DNA of 64,000 nt from an uncultured delta proteobacterium. Its GTDB lineage: Bacteria > Myxococcota > Myxococcia > Myxococcales > Anaeromyxobacteraceae. Positions within the stretch are counted from its first letter, which is position 1. The number at the start of each line of letters is the position of its first letter. The stretch is taken from contig CAWFDF010000008.1 of NCBI GenBank assembly GCA_963814585.1, forward strand, positions 160,001 through 224,000, written 5' to 3'. The notes beneath the pieces are model-generated. The model did not search any database, was not told the DNA's origin, and saw nothing but the letters and a program-made list of their open reading frames with translations. Positions 63,300-64,000 of this stretch are shown here, piece by piece. Both the position numbers and the translations under genes were made by a program.

Positions 63300-64000
63300 T
63301 CACTCCTCGTCCTCGCCCTCGGGGCGCGGCACGAAGCGGCCCTCCTCGCGCTCCTTGTACTCCTTCTGCCGGTACTGGATCTTCCGGACGCTGATGCCGA
63401 GGATCTCGGCGGCCCGCGACGTCGAGCCGCCCACCATCTCCAGGGTGCGCACGATGGCCTCCCGCTCGATGTCGTAGAGCGTGGCGCCGGGGATGAGCGC
63501 GCCCGGGGAGCGATCGCTGCGCGGCCGCAGGCCGCGCAGCGTGGGCGGCAGGTCGTCGCCGTTCAGCTCGGAGCCCTTGCAGAGGACCACCGCCCGCTCC
63601 ACCACGTTCTCCAGCTCGCGGACGTTGCCGGGCCAGTCGTGGGAGAGCAGCGCGTTGAGCGTGCCGGGCGCCAGCGCCTTGATCTCCTTGCCGTAGGCCT
63701 TGGCGTACTTGGCGATGAAGTGCGTGACCAGCGAGGGGATGTCACCCTTTCGCTCCCGCAGCGGCGGCAAGGTCACGGCCACCACGTTGAGCCGGTAGAA
63801 GAGATCCTCGCGGAACCGGCCCGTCTTCACCAGCTCGCCGAGGTCGCGGTTGGTGGCGGCCACCAGCCGGACGTCCACCTTGAGCGTGCGGGTGCCGCCG
63901 ACCCGCTCGAACTCGCGCTGCTGCAGGACGCGCAGCAGCTTGACCTGCAGGCCCGGGGAGATCTCCCCGATCTCGTCGAGGAAGAGCGTCCCGCCGTCGG
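63300..64000 (-). CDS. sigma54-dependent (NtrC-family) transcriptional regulator, C-terminal part (5' end outside the window)
   Basis: [46 protein letters not shown], Fis-type HTH. Confidence 0.93.
   Translation of the reverse strand, partial: DGGTLFLDEIGEISPGLQVKLLRVLQQREFERVGGTRTLKVDVRLVAATNRDLGELVKTGRFREDLFYRLNVVAVTLPPLRERKGDIPSLVTHFIAKYAKAYGKEIKALAPGTLNALLSHDWPGNVRELENVVERAVVLCKGSELNGDDLPPTLRGLRPRSDRSPGALIPGATLYDIEREAIVRTLEMVGGSTSRAAEILGISVRKIQYRQKEYKEREEGRFVPRPEGEDEE

Overview
High-GC (roughly 70-75% by eye) bacterial chromosome segment, most likely Anaeromyxobacter-like Myxococcota; this is inferred from gene content, including a close match to the AfGcHK globin-coupled kinase/response regulator pair. 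Most of it is core metabolism: a sulfur-relay cluster (DsrE-like, MoeB, TusA, MoaD-ThiF fusion), gap-pgk-tpiA-secG, argS, an aspartate kinase, a lipA-E1a-E1b-E2-tatD-tcdA-lpdA-lipB 2-oxoacid dehydrogenase operon, moaA, methylmalonyl-CoA mutase, modABC, mlaEFD, M16/M1/M24 peptidases, speA, kbl-tdh, a metX-hom fusion, mobB, an Fnr-like regulator, tatA and an O2-sensing phosphorelay. Three tRNAs are present (Leu-GAG, Met-CAT, Sec-TCA). The standout is an accessory five-gene operon at ~15.4-19.3 kb: lipoprotein, a hidden ~55-60 aa RiPP-like precursor (YESPRL leader motif, missed by the ORF track), a TolB-like lipoprotein, a lasso-B2-type protease fused to a C-terminal RRE, and an HPr-like peptide kinase, with no lasso cyclase. 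Several genes carry single-base indels, probably long-read consensus errors, so reconstructed proteins need read-level confirmation. No CRISPR array, IS element, integrase or rRNA gene was seen.
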